Source of the DNA: Eubacteriales bacterium
GTDB lineage: Bacteria > Bacillota > Clostridia > Oscillospirales > CAG-272
Direction of reading: 5' to 3'
Assembly: GCA_045632925.1 (NCBI GenBank)
Contig: JAZQXP010000057.1
Span: forward strand, 1,126 to 65,125
Length of the DNA: 64,000 nucleotides
The notes below the pieces were generated by a model that searched no databases, was not told the origin of the DNA, and worked only from the letters and a program-made list of their open reading frames with translations. Shown here piece after piece: positions 18,514-27,913 of this stretch. Positions within the stretch are counted from its first letter, which is position 1; each line of letters opens with the position of its first letter. Position numbers and translations under genes: made by a program.

Positions 18514-18978
18514 ATGAAAAAAGTCCCTCTTCCCGATGATATGCTGACACCTCCGATGTTGATAGGTCAGATTTCGCGTATGCAGAGATGCACGCTCAGA
18601 TCAAGGGAAAACGATCCGATAATGACGCAGAACAGCTGTCGCTCGCTGCTTTTCTGCCTTTCCCACGAGGAAGGAATAACCCAACTCGAGCTTTCCCACC
18701 GCGCGGGACTCAAGCCGCCGACGGTCAGCGTCGCGCTCAAGCATCTTGAGGACGAGGGTTATATCGTCCGCGAGGTCGACGCCGACGACAAGCGCGCCGC
18801 GAGAGTTTATCTCTCCGATAAGGGTCACGCTCTTGAGCGCGAAAACACCGAACGCTTCAACAGAGTCGATGACGAAATGATGCGCGGATTTACCGACGAG
18901 GAGATCGCACAGCTGAGACAAATGCTCCTGCGTATTCGCGATAATCTTGAATGCTCGAAGGGAAAATGTGAAAAATGA
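18514..18978 (+). CDS. MarR family transcriptional regulator
   Basis: GITQLELS...PTVSVALKHLEDEGYIVR..DADDKR. Confidence 0.92.
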   Translation: MKKVPLPDDMLTPPMLIGQISRMQRCTLRSRENDPIMTQNSCRSLLFCLSHEEGITQLELSHRAGLKPPTVSVALKHLEDEGYIVREVDADDKRAARVYLSDKGHALERENTERFNRVDDEMMRGFTDEEIAQLRQMLLRIRDNLECSKGKCEK

Positions 18979-20801
18979 AAAAGCTGATTCCTTACCTTAA
19001 ACCCTACTGGTTTGTGGCGATGATCTCACCTATTATGATGATAGGCGAGGTTCTTGGCGACCTTTGCCTGCCCTACCTGATGTCTTACATAGTAAATTTC
19101 GGCGTTGAGGGATATTCACCCGCCGACCCGAAGCACGGCTCGGCACTTGCCGCGAGCCTTATCGATCTCTTCCTCGGCGCGGATGCGACGAGAATGGAGA
19201 TCATCATCCTCTTCGGCATACTGATGCTTTGTGTCACGCTCGTCGGCGGATTCTTCGGAACTTTTTGCGCCTACACAGCCGCAAAGGCTTCGCAGGGCTT
19301 CGGCAATGACCTTCGCCGCGATGCTTATGCGCACGTTATGGCACTCTCGGTCGAGCAGACGGATAAGTTCACCACCGGCTCGCTCGTTACGAGAATGACG
19401 AACGATATCACGGTCCTCGTCGAATTCGTTGAGCATATGCTCCGAATGGTCGTCCGTTCGCCCATGTTCTTCATCGGCGGCACGGTTATGCTCCTCTCGC
19501 TCAATATCAATTTCGGTATCGTTCTGCTTTGCACGCTTCCGATCCAGCTTTTTGCGATGGTTTTCATCATCCGCAAGGCTGTTCCGCTTTTCTCCGAGGT
19601 TCAGAAGAAGCTTGACCGCATCAACTCTGTTGCCCGCGAGAACATCGGCGGTGCGCGAGTCATCAAGGCTTACGTCCGCGAGGAATACGAATGCGATCGC
19701 TTTGAGACCGCGAACAGCGAGATGCGCGATACAAACCTCAAGGTTCAGCTCCTCCTCGTTTTCATAAACCCGATCCTCATCGTCGCGCTCGCGTTTGCAA
19801 CGGTCGCCATCATCTATATCGGCGGCTGGCAGGTGCAGATCGAGGCGGCGGGTATGACCACGGGTACCATTATGGCGGCGATCACATACGTTACGCAGGT
19901 CGTAAACTCGCTTATGATGCTGACGATGATCTTCCAGACGATTTCGCGCGCGGGCGCATCCTCTAGACGAGTTATCGAGGTGCTTGAATCCGAGCCCGTC
20001 ATTAAGGGTGGCAATGAGACCGATGGCGTTCGATCCGATTACGCCATCGAATTCCGCGGAGTTGACTTCAAATATCCGAATACCGCGGGCAAGAACGTGC
20101 TCTCGGATATTTCCCTCAAGGTAAAGCACGGCGAGACTCTTGCCGTCATCGGCGCAACGGGATCGGGCAAATCCTCGCTGATCTCGCTGATCCCGAGATA
20201 TTACGATGCCGTAAAGGGCAAGGTCTACATCGACGGACGCGAGATCTCCGAGTATTCGCTTCCCGCACTCCGCCAAAAGATCGGTTACGTTATGCAGAAG
20301 AGCGAGCTCTTCTCGGACACTATCGCAAACAATATCAAATGGGGCAAGGACGATGCGACCGCAGAGGAGATCCGCGCGGCGGCATCGATCGCGCAGGCGG
20401 ATTCATTCGTCTCCGAATTTACCGATGGCTACGACACCTTCATAGCAGAGAAGGGCGCGTCGCTTTCGGGCGGTCAGAAGCAGAGGCTCTCGATCGCGCG
20501 CGCACTCGTCCGCAAGCCCGAGATACTCATACTCGACGATGCGACCTCCGCGCTCGACCTTGCAACGGAGTCCCGTCTCCGCACGGCACTTCACGAGTCC
20601 TTGAAGGATACCACCGTGATTATGGTCGCGCAGAGAATCGCCAGCGTAAAGCACGCGGACAGAATTGCCGTAATCGAATCCGACGGACGCATCATCCATT
20701 GCGCTCCGCACGATGAATTGCTGAAGATCAGCGAGACCTACCGCGATATCTGCTCGTCGCAGAGACAAAATATTGAAGAACCCGAAGGAGGTGCGGAATA
20801 A
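18975..20801 (+). CDS. ABC exporter ATP-binding/permease subunit (heterodimer, degenerate site)
   Basis: TM domain; GATGSGKS, LSGGQKQR, ILDDAT, AQR (degenerate D/Q subunit). Confidence 0.93.
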   Translation: MKKLIPYLKPYWFVAMISPIMMIGEVLGDLCLPYLMSYIVNFGVEGYSPADPKHGSALAASLIDLFLGADATRMEIIILFGILMLCVTLVGGFFGTFCAYTAAKASQGFGNDLRRDAYAHVMALSVEQTDKFTTGSLVTRMTNDITVLVEFVEHMLRMVVRSPMFFIGGTVMLLSLNINFGIVLLCTLPIQLFAMVFIIRKAVPLFSEVQKKLDRINSVARENIGGARVIKAYVREEYECDRFETANSEMRDTNLKVQLLLVFINPILIVALAFATVAIIYIGGWQVQIEAAGMTTGTIMAAITYVTQVVNSLMMLTMIFQTISRAGASSRRVIEVLESEPVIKGGNETDGVRSDYAIEFRGVDFKYPNTAGKNVLSDISLKVKHGETLAVIGATGSGKSSLISLIPRYYDAVKGKVYIDGREISEYSLPALRQKIGYVMQKSELFSDTIANNIKWGKDDATAEEIRAAASIAQADSFVSEFTDGYDTFIAEKGASLSGGQKQRLSIARALVRKPEILILDDATSALDLATESRLRTALHESLKDTTVIMVAQRIASVKHADRIAVIESDGRIIHCAPHDELLKISETYRDICSSQRQNIEEPEGGAE

Positions 20802-22687
20802 TGGCTGAACAGAGACCTCCCGAAAGACAGGAAGTAAAGATGAATCTCCGACCCGGCGGAGGACCCGGCGGTCCCGGAGGAATGAATGCGCGTATCAACC
20901 GCGAAAAGCCGAAGAATATGGGCAAGACGATCTCGCGCCTGCTCCGCTACTCGGGCAAGAGCTCGTGGATCCTCGTATTCCTTATCATTGCAACCTTTGT
21001 CGTAACCGTTGCCGACGTCCTCAACCCGATGTTCCAGCAGCTTGCGATCGACGAGTTTTATTTCGACGATGCGCTGAAGCTCAGAGTCGATATGAAGTCA
21101 CTCACGGGCGTGCTTCTTATAATGTTCTGCGCATATCTTATCCGCGCGCTCAGCCAGCTTATCCAGGGCAGAGTTGCCGCAAAGCTCGCGCAGAATACCG
21201 TTTACCACATCCGCCGCGATCTTTTCAATAAGATCTCGAAGCTTCCGATCAGCTATACCGACCGCCACCGCCACGGCGACATTATGAGCCGCCTTACAAA
21301 CGATGCCGAAAACGTATCAACGGCAATGTCGCAGTCGCTGACCGCGCTTTTCTCGGGCGTTCTGACCCTTATCGGCGCGCTCATAATGATGCTCCACTAC
21401 AGCTGGATCGTGACCCTCGTTGCGATCGTGACGATACCGATAACTATTTTAGTATCGTCAACTCTCGCAAAATTTATGCGAAAATATTTCATTCGCCGCC
21501 AAAAGCTTCTCGGTCAGCTCAACGGACAGATCGAGGAGATGGTCACGGGCTACAAGACCGTAATGGCTTACGGCAAGGAGCCCGACGCGATCGAGAAATT
21601 TGGCGAGATCTCGGATAATTTCCGATCCTGCTCGATCTCTGCGCGTGTCTGGGGCTCGATTATGGGTCCCGTTATGAACTTTATCGGTAACCTGCAGTAC
21701 GTTATGATCGCCGCAGTAGGCGGATATCTGATCCTCAACTCGGATCCCGTTACGGGCGCGGCGTTCACGATCGGCTCGGTCCAGGCGATGCTCTCCTACT
21801 CGAAGAAGTTCTCGCATCCGATCAATATGATCGCAAATCAGTATTCGACGATCCTTACCGCACTTGCGGGCGCGGAGAGAATCTTCGAGATCCTTGACTC
21901 GAGCCCTGAGATCGACGAGGGCAAAGAAAAGATCGATATCGCCGCTATGCGCGGAGACATCGAATTCAAGGATATTGACTTCTCCTACGTTGAGGGCGAG
22001 AAGGTCCTCAAGGGGCTCAACCTCAGCGTCAAGGCGGGACAGAAGGTTGCAATCGTTGGCGCGACGGGCTCGGGTAAGACCACCATCGTAAACCTTTTGA
22101 CGAGATTCTACGAGCCCGACAGCGGTACGATTACGGTCGACGGCGTTGATATCACAACGATCCCGAAGGCTGATCTCCGCCGTGCGATCGCGATAGTTCT
22201 TCAGGATACCGTCCTTTTCTCGGACACCATCGAGAAGAATATCAAATACGGCAGAGAAGATGCCGACGACGAGGATATGAAGCGCGCGGCGCATACGTCA
22301 TACGCCGATTTCTTCATTGACCGTCTGCCCGATGGCTACGCGACGGAGCTTGCCGAGTCGGGAAGCAATCTCTCGCAGGGTCAGAGACAGCTGCTCTCGA
22401 TCTCGCGCGCGGTGCTTGCCGATCCGAGAATCCTCATCCTCGACGAGGCAACCTCCTCCGTCGATACGAGAACCGAGATGCATATCCAGAAGGCTATGCT
22501 CGCGCTTATGAAGAACCGCACCTCGCTCGTCATCGCGCACCGTCTTTCGACTATCCGCGATGCGGACGTCATCGTTGTTCTGAATCACGGTGTGATCGTC
22601 GAATCGGGAAGCCACGAGGAGCTTCTGGCTCTCGGCGGAGAGTATCATAAGCTCTATTCGAATCAGTTTGCGGGAATCGCAACATGA
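20801..22687 (+). CDS. ABC exporter ATP-binding/permease subunit (heterodimer partner)
   Basis: GATGSGKT, LSQGQRQ, ILDEATS, AHRLST. Confidence 0.93.
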   Translation: MAEQRPPERQEVKMNLRPGGGPGGPGGMNARINREKPKNMGKTISRLLRYSGKSSWILVFLIIATFVVTVADVLNPMFQQLAIDEFYFDDALKLRVDMKSLTGVLLIMFCAYLIRALSQLIQGRVAAKLAQNTVYHIRRDLFNKISKLPISYTDRHRHGDIMSRLTNDAENVSTAMSQSLTALFSGVLTLIGALIMMLHYSWIVTLVAIVTIPITILVSSTLAKFMRKYFIRRQKLLGQLNGQIEEMVTGYKTVMAYGKEPDAIEKFGEISDNFRSCSISARVWGSIMGPVMNFIGNLQYVMIAAVGGYLILNSDPVTGAAFTIGSVQAMLSYSKKFSHPINMIANQYSTILTALAGAERIFEILDSSPEIDEGKEKIDIAAMRGDIEFKDIDFSYVEGEKVLKGLNLSVKAGQKVAIVGATGSGKTTIVNLLTRFYEPDSGTITVDGVDITTIPKADLRRAIAIVLQDTVLFSDTIEKNIKYGREDADDEDMKRAAHTSYADFFIDRLPDGYATELAESGSNLSQGQRQLLSISRAVLADPRILILDEATSSVDTRTEMHIQKAMLALMKNRTSLVIAHRLSTIRDADVIVVLNHGVIVESGSHEELLALGGEYHKLYSNQFAGIAT

Positions 22688-23454
22688 TAAGCGATTTTGA
22701 AAGAGAGAAATTCCGCGCGATCTGCCGCGATATTCTGACAGTCAGAACCGCGGCGGAGGGCGGCGGGATCGGAACTCTCAATGAAAAAAGAATGCATATC
22801 GCTCTCAAACGCTTTGTCTGCTCGGATGAAACAAAATACGAGGCGGATATGGGCAAGCGTTTTGTTGCCGATATCAAGCTCGACGAGGAGATTTTTGAGA
22901 TCCAGACGGGCTCGCTCTATCCGCTCAAGGCAAAGCTTGAGCATTATATCGAGACCTCGGATTGCCACGTGACGGTCGTTCATCCGATCCCGATGCGGCG
23001 TTTCCGCATATGGATCGACCCCGAAACGGGCGAGTCTCAGCCGAGAAAGCGTGTCCCCGGAGTATCAAACGTCTTCGGCGAGGCACACGAGCTCGTTTAT
23101 ATCTCGGAGGCACTCGCCACGGGCAGAGTTGCGGTATGGTTCCTCTTCATCGAGGAGGAGGAATACCGCTTCCTCGACGGCAGAGGAAAGGATAAAAAAC
23201 GCCATTCCTCGCGCTTTGAGAGATTGCCCGTCGATATAATCGACGAGGTCGTTTTTGCCGAACCGCAGGATTTCCTCGAGCTCATTCCCGAGGGGCTTCC
23301 CGAAAGCTTCACGGTGGAGGAATACCGAAGGGCTGCAAAGATAATCCACGGCAAGCACGCCTATATGGCTGTCGCGGCACTCCAAAACCTCGGAGTTGTC
23401 GAGGAAACCGAGAAAAAGGGCAGAGCGAAGGCGTGGAGAATAAGCCACTTGTAA
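22684..23454 (+). CDS. Conserved hypothetical protein, possible PD-(D/E)xK nuclease fold
   Basis: GIGTLNEK..H..LK and VADI...FEIQTG pattern; start overlaps the ABC gene stop. Confidence 0.55.
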   Translation: MISDFEREKFRAICRDILTVRTAAEGGGIGTLNEKRMHIALKRFVCSDETKYEADMGKRFVADIKLDEEIFEIQTGSLYPLKAKLEHYIETSDCHVTVVHPIPMRRFRIWIDPETGESQPRKRVPGVSNVFGEAHELVYISEALATGRVAVWFLFIEEEEYRFLDGRGKDKKRHSSRFERLPVDIIDEVVFAEPQDFLELIPEGLPESFTVEEYRRAAKIIHGKHAYMAVAALQNLGVVEETEKKGRAKAWRISHL

Positions 23455-23499
23455 AACTGTGTTTTATAATCTGCTACAGGATAAATAGGAGGAATACTT

Positions 23500-24696
23500 A
23501 TGAAACGATTAAAAGCAATTTTGGCTGTAATTTTCATTTCGGCACTTGCGATTCTTCTCTGCGCTTGTTTTTCTGAAAGAGAAAGCGGCGACGCTTCGAC
23601 CGCTCCCGAATTGACTCTCGGCGCATTGCCCGATTATTCGGATGCACACGCCGAGGACGCGCCCTATATCGTCTTTTCCTCCGACCTTGAGCCGATCGCG
23701 GCTGAGCGCATCGAGGAGGTAAGACAGGCGTTTTACAGGATGATCTACAAAATCGAAGTTGATGCACAGACCGCATTTTTAAAAAAGACCGGGCTTGAGG
23801 GTAATGAGATTGAAAACGCGGCACAAAATTCGGCTGTCGAATTAGCTTTACGCGGTAAAAGTACGCTTTTGAACCGCGAAAACCTCGAGATCGACGACAG
23901 CCTCAGCCACGTGAATCTCTACACCTCGCGCTATTACGGCACAGTCGGCGGCTGCGAGATTATTTCGATCCATTCCTTTACGGAGAAGGAAAGCTCGATC
24001 GAGCTCGGCGGCGTGAAGATCGCCAATCCCACTCCTTTTTACGTCTACGTCTGCCGCGGCGAGGAGATGATCCCGCTTGCCGAAGCATACGAAAAGGAAT
24101 GGCTGACCGCGATCGACATCCTTCTGATCTCAAAGCGTAACAGCGATTTCAATTCGTATTGGAAAGTGAATTATGCGGATAAGAAGACCGACTACAGCTA
24201 CGTGAAATTCACCGATGATCTTGAAGATCTTTCGGACGAAATGATCGCCCAGATCGAGGCGCGTATGTATACGGATGCCTATGAGGAACGATACAACGCG
24301 GAATTTGAGAATTACACCGAAAGGTATGGCGGCATTTACAGCGAAGAAAAGATCGACGCGGCTTGCTCCTGGTTTGCCGCAATAAGCGGAAACGCGAGCC
24401 ACGATTATTTTATGGAAAACTCGAATTCTGATCTGATCGGCTGGAGATATTACGGAATCGTCTCGGGCTATGCCGTTTTTGCGAAAGCGGGTCCGAGCCA
24501 GGCTGTAACCAGGTTTGACCTCGGCGGCAATAAGATCGTTTTCGGTACAGGAACCGAAATGTGGGTCTACAGCAGAGATTCGGGCATCGTAGAAATCAAG
24601 GATGCCTACGACAAAGGACTCCTCGGCGAGGGGGACGTTGCGAAGATCGCGGAGAGACACGGGGCGTATGAGGATTATATTGTGAGAAGACGGTGA
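23500..24696 (+). CDS. Lipoprotein with an internally duplicated domain
   Basis: Lipobox LCAC; two copies of RYYG..G....LGG.KI......V.....I....AY.K..L...D...I..R. Confidence 0.75.
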   Translation: MKRLKAILAVIFISALAILLCACFSERESGDASTAPELTLGALPDYSDAHAEDAPYIVFSSDLEPIAAERIEEVRQAFYRMIYKIEVDAQTAFLKKTGLEGNEIENAAQNSAVELALRGKSTLLNRENLEIDDSLSHVNLYTSRYYGTVGGCEIISIHSFTEKESSIELGGVKIANPTPFYVYVCRGEEMIPLAEAYEKEWLTAIDILLISKRNSDFNSYWKVNYADKKTDYSYVKFTDDLEDLSDEMIAQIEARMYTDAYEERYNAEFENYTERYGGIYSEEKIDAACSWFAAISGNASHDYFMENSNSDLIGWRYYGIVSGYAVFAKAGPSQAVTRFDLGGNKIVFGTGTEMWVYSRDSGIVEIKDAYDKGLLGEGDVAKIAERHGAYEDYIVRRR

Positions 24697-24703
24697 TCAA
24701 GGA

Positions 24704-25017
24704 AAGTGCAGAGTGCAGAATGCAGAATGCAGAGTTAATGAAATTTTTCTCGCGTTGCTCGAAAAATATCTGTGCGATAATTATATTTGGCTTTGATAAA
24801 ACATCGTCAAACTGTAACTAATAACAACTAAAGAAAAATACTCGGCAATCAATGAAGATTACTTCAAAGATTTCCGAGTATCTTTTTATTTACCAAATTA
24901 TTGTTTATCGCAAAACAATAGTTTGTCAAAGCAAAACATAATTATTTAACTTCTAATTTCCGAGCTCGCTCGGAAATTTTCCTTAACTCTGCATTCTGCA
25001 CTTTGCACTTTGCACTT
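24704..25017. repeat. Heptamer-armed giant palindrome ((TGCAGAA)n arms, central hairpin)
   Basis: Left arm AAGTGCAGAGTGCAGAATGCAGAATGCAGAGTTAA plus a hairpin; the right arm is its inverse. Central stem ATACTCGG...CCGAGTAT at 24838-24881. Confidence 0.85.
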
Positions 25018-25018
25018 A

Positions 25019-27913
25019 CTAAATGTCGTACTTCGCCAGAATCTGCGCGGGTGTCTTACGGAGCAGCGCGGCTATCGGCAGGATACCGAAGAGTATGCAG
25101 GTTCCGATAAGGAAGACGAGCGTAAGTGCGCCGAGCCAGAATGGGAAGTAGAAGGTCGCCGCCGTGACTCCGCCGTTTGCAAGAGAGGTAGCAATATATG
25201 CGCCGATGATGAAGCCGACGGTCAGCGTCTGCAGAGCTATCGCGGTCGATTCGACGGCAAACTTGAAGATCATATTCTTCTTCGAGACGCCGACGGCGCG
25301 GTAGATTCCGATCTCGCGGACCTTCGAGAGCATCGAGGATCGCATTATGAAATAGATGCAGATGCACATCAGAAGCAGACCGAGAATGAGAGCCACGATG
25401 CTTGCGATGATCTCAATCCGGCTTTCCGAGATCGCCATTCCGAGCAGGATCGTCGGGGTGATGAAGGTGTAGTCGATCTCCTCTTCATCGAGCGCGGGAA
25501 GCTCGGGAAATTCAGCGCGGAGGAATGCCTCGGTTGCCTCGGGGTCGGTGCTGTGCATAACGAGGGTGTTCGACGAGTAATTATACTTTCCGTTCTCGCT
25601 GAAGTAGTAATCCGTCAGCGCAACGGGATGTGTCTCGCCAAAGCCGAGGATGGCGTTTGCGTAGTCCTCGTCCGAGAGATATACCACGGTCGGGCTGTAG
25701 CGCGAGGAATTATGGTAGCTGTTTCTGTTGTAGAAGTTCGAGCAATCGCGCAGGAGTGCGTAGTAGTCCTGCTCGTATTTACCAAGCTCGGTCGCGGAAA
25801 GCTTTTCGGGGAGCGAGCCGTGCTCTTCACGGTACTTGCAGGCGGCGTAGTATTCGATATCGCCGACAGAGACGAAGAGAGCATCCTCGTTGCCCTCGAT
25901 GAAGTAGCACATCAGCCAGGCATCGTCATATCCCGTAAGCAGACAATGGAGCGCGTATTCATCAAGATGGGAATAGTGGCTTGCGAGCTTTTCGTAATAG
26001 CTACCCGATCCGTCCGTCTTGATGCCGTTGGATTCGAGCCAGAAGTTGTAATCCGAGAAGCCGTAGCCACCGGGATAGACCTTGCTTGCCACCAGCTCAA
26101 TTCCGCTTACCTTGAAGGTCTCGCCCTCCTTCGGGAGATAATCGACGTCGACTGTCGATCCGATCATAGCCTCACCGGGTGCGATCTCGATTCCGTAGTC
26201 GGATGCGGCGACGAGCGAGAGGCGGTTGTTGCCGTTTCTTGTAAAGGTTGTGGCGACCGTCATAAGATCATAGTAGACCGCGAGCTCACCGGTGTCAACG
26301 ATCGCGGCAATGCGCATCTTATCCGCGCTGTTGTTGCCGTAGCCGCCGTAGCGTGTGTTCGCGAGATTGCAGTTGATCAGCTCCTCGTAGTCCGAAATAT
26401 AATCGTAAGTCGCCGTCTTGAGGATTATATCTGCGGCAAGCTTCGAGAGAACGACGTCGTTCTTATCGAGCTTATCGGTACTGCCCGCGAGGACCTCGCC
26501 CTCGATCAGATCGTGGGGAAGGAGCTGTGCGTTTACGCAGTAGGCATCGTAATTGCTGTAGTTGAAGGTCTCAAAGATACCCGTTGCAATGCGGATATAC
26601 TGTCCCGACATATCGAAATAGCGCGATGTGTAGTAGAAATCAAGGCAAGCCTCGTCCTTCTTTATTGCTTCGGCGAGCTTGTTCTGATCGACGGCGTCGA
26701 GCGAGAGGTAGAACATATTCTGATTCGTCTCGGATTCGACGGTGTCGTAGACCGCGATGCCCGAGGCGCAGTAGGAGAGCAGGACCGTGAAGACAAGGGC
26801 AAAGCAGATGAGATAGGACGCGGCAAAGACGTTCGATGCCTTGGCGACCTTCTTGCCCTTGCGGATCTTCTTGCCCGAGAGAATCTTGCTTCCGCTCTTG
26901 AGCGACGAGAAGAATGTGAAGAGCTTGCCGTATTTCTTGCCCTCAAAGCTCGAAAGGAGCGAGAGATCGAGTCGGCTTTCCTTCTTCGCGTCCTCTTTTT
27001 TCTCAAAAGTTCCCTCGTGGAGCTTGGTCTCTCCGTATTCGTCAACGACGTGAACACCGGGGGTATCGACGCGGAGATAGAGCTTGCCGCCGTCATTGAC
27101 TACCGTAAGCTTGATCCCGCCCTCTGCGGGCTCGCCGTAGTAGTCGATGCTGACCGCGCCCGCATCCTCACTCGATTTCTCGAATTCGCCGAGGTAGACG
27201 TGGTTTTTGTTCCTTGCAACAAAGCCCGAGGAGACGTCATTCTCCTTGACGGACGTGATCCTTCCGTCGGTGATACCGATGACGCGGTCGCAATAGCTGT
27301 CAACGAGGTTTGCCTCGTGCGTGACGAGCAGGACGAGACGGGTCTCGGCAATTTCGCGGAGGATGTCCATTATCATAACCGTGTTGGTCTCGTCGAGGTT
27401 ACCCGTGGGCTCGTCGGCGAGAATGATATCGGGCGACTTGACGATCGCGCGAGCGATAGCGATACGCTGCTTCTGACCGCCCGAAAGGGTGTCGGGATAG
27501 CGGCTTGCGTACTGCGCCATTCCGACAGCGGAAAGCGCGGACATAGTGCGCTCGCGGATAGCGTCAAAGTCCTGCTTGTCGCTCATACCGCAGAGGCGGA
27601 GCGCATCCGCGACGTTATCAAAGCAGGTCGCGCCCGTGTTGAGATTGTAGTTTTGGAAGATATAGCCGATATGGCGGTTGCGCAGAGCATCCGAATCCGT
27701 CGTGATCTTCTTGCCGTCGATCTCAACAGAGCCCGAAAGATAGGAATCGAGTCCGCCGACGACGTTGAGGAGCGTGGTCTTACCGCATCCGCTTCTGCCG
27801 AAGATGGCAACCATACCGCGCTCGGGCAGGTCGAGGGAGATGTCGTTGAGGACGTGGATCTCGTTCTGCTTGCCGCGGTTGAAGTATTTGTTGAGAGAAT
27901 TGATCTTAATCAT
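25019..27913 (-). CDS. MacB-like ABC transporter (ATPase + FtsX permease fusion)
   Basis: GRSGCGKT, LSGGQKQR, ADEPTGNLD, C-terminal REIGIYRAVG FtsX motif. ATG 27913 after GGAGGTG. Confidence 0.9.
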   Translation of the reverse strand: MIKINSLNKYFNRGKQNEIHVLNDISLDLPERGMVAIFGRSGCGKTTLLNVVGGLDSYLSGSVEIDGKKITTDSDALRNRHIGYIFQNYNLNTGATCFDNVADALRLCGMSDKQDFDAIRERTMSALSAVGMAQYASRYPDTLSGGQKQRIAIARAIVKSPDIILADEPTGNLDETNTVMIMDILREIAETRLVLLVTHEANLVDSYCDRVIGITDGRITSVKENDVSSGFVARNKNHVYLGEFEKSSEDAGAVSIDYYGEPAEGGIKLTVVNDGGKLYLRVDTPGVHVVDEYGETKLHEGTFEKKEDAKKESRLDLSLLSSFEGKKYGKLFTFFSSLKSGSKILSGKKIRKGKKVAKASNVFAASYLICFALVFTVLLSYCASGIAVYDTVESETNQNMFYLSLDAVDQNKLAEAIKKDEACLDFYYTSRYFDMSGQYIRIATGIFETFNYSNYDAYCVNAQLLPHDLIEGEVLAGSTDKLDKNDVVLSKLAADIILKTATYDYISDYEELINCNLANTRYGGYGNNSADKMRIAAIVDTGELAVYYDLMTVATTFTRNGNNRLSLVAASDYGIEIAPGEAMIGSTVDVDYLPKEGETFKVSGIELVASKVYPGGYGFSDYNFWLESNGIKTDGSGSYYEKLASHYSHLDEYALHCLLTGYDDAWLMCYFIEGNEDALFVSVGDIEYYAACKYREEHGSLPEKLSATELGKYEQDYYALLRDCSNFYNRNSYHNSSRYSPTVVYLSDEDYANAILGFGETHPVALTDYYFSENGKYNYSSNTLVMHSTDPEATEAFLRAEFPELPALDEEEIDYTFITPTILLGMAISESRIEIIASIVALILGLLLMCICIYFIMRSSMLSKVREIGIYRAVGVSKKNMIFKFAVESTAIALQTLTVGFIIGAYIATSLANGGVTAATFYFPFWLGALTLVFLIGTCILFGILPIAALLRKTPAQILAKYDI

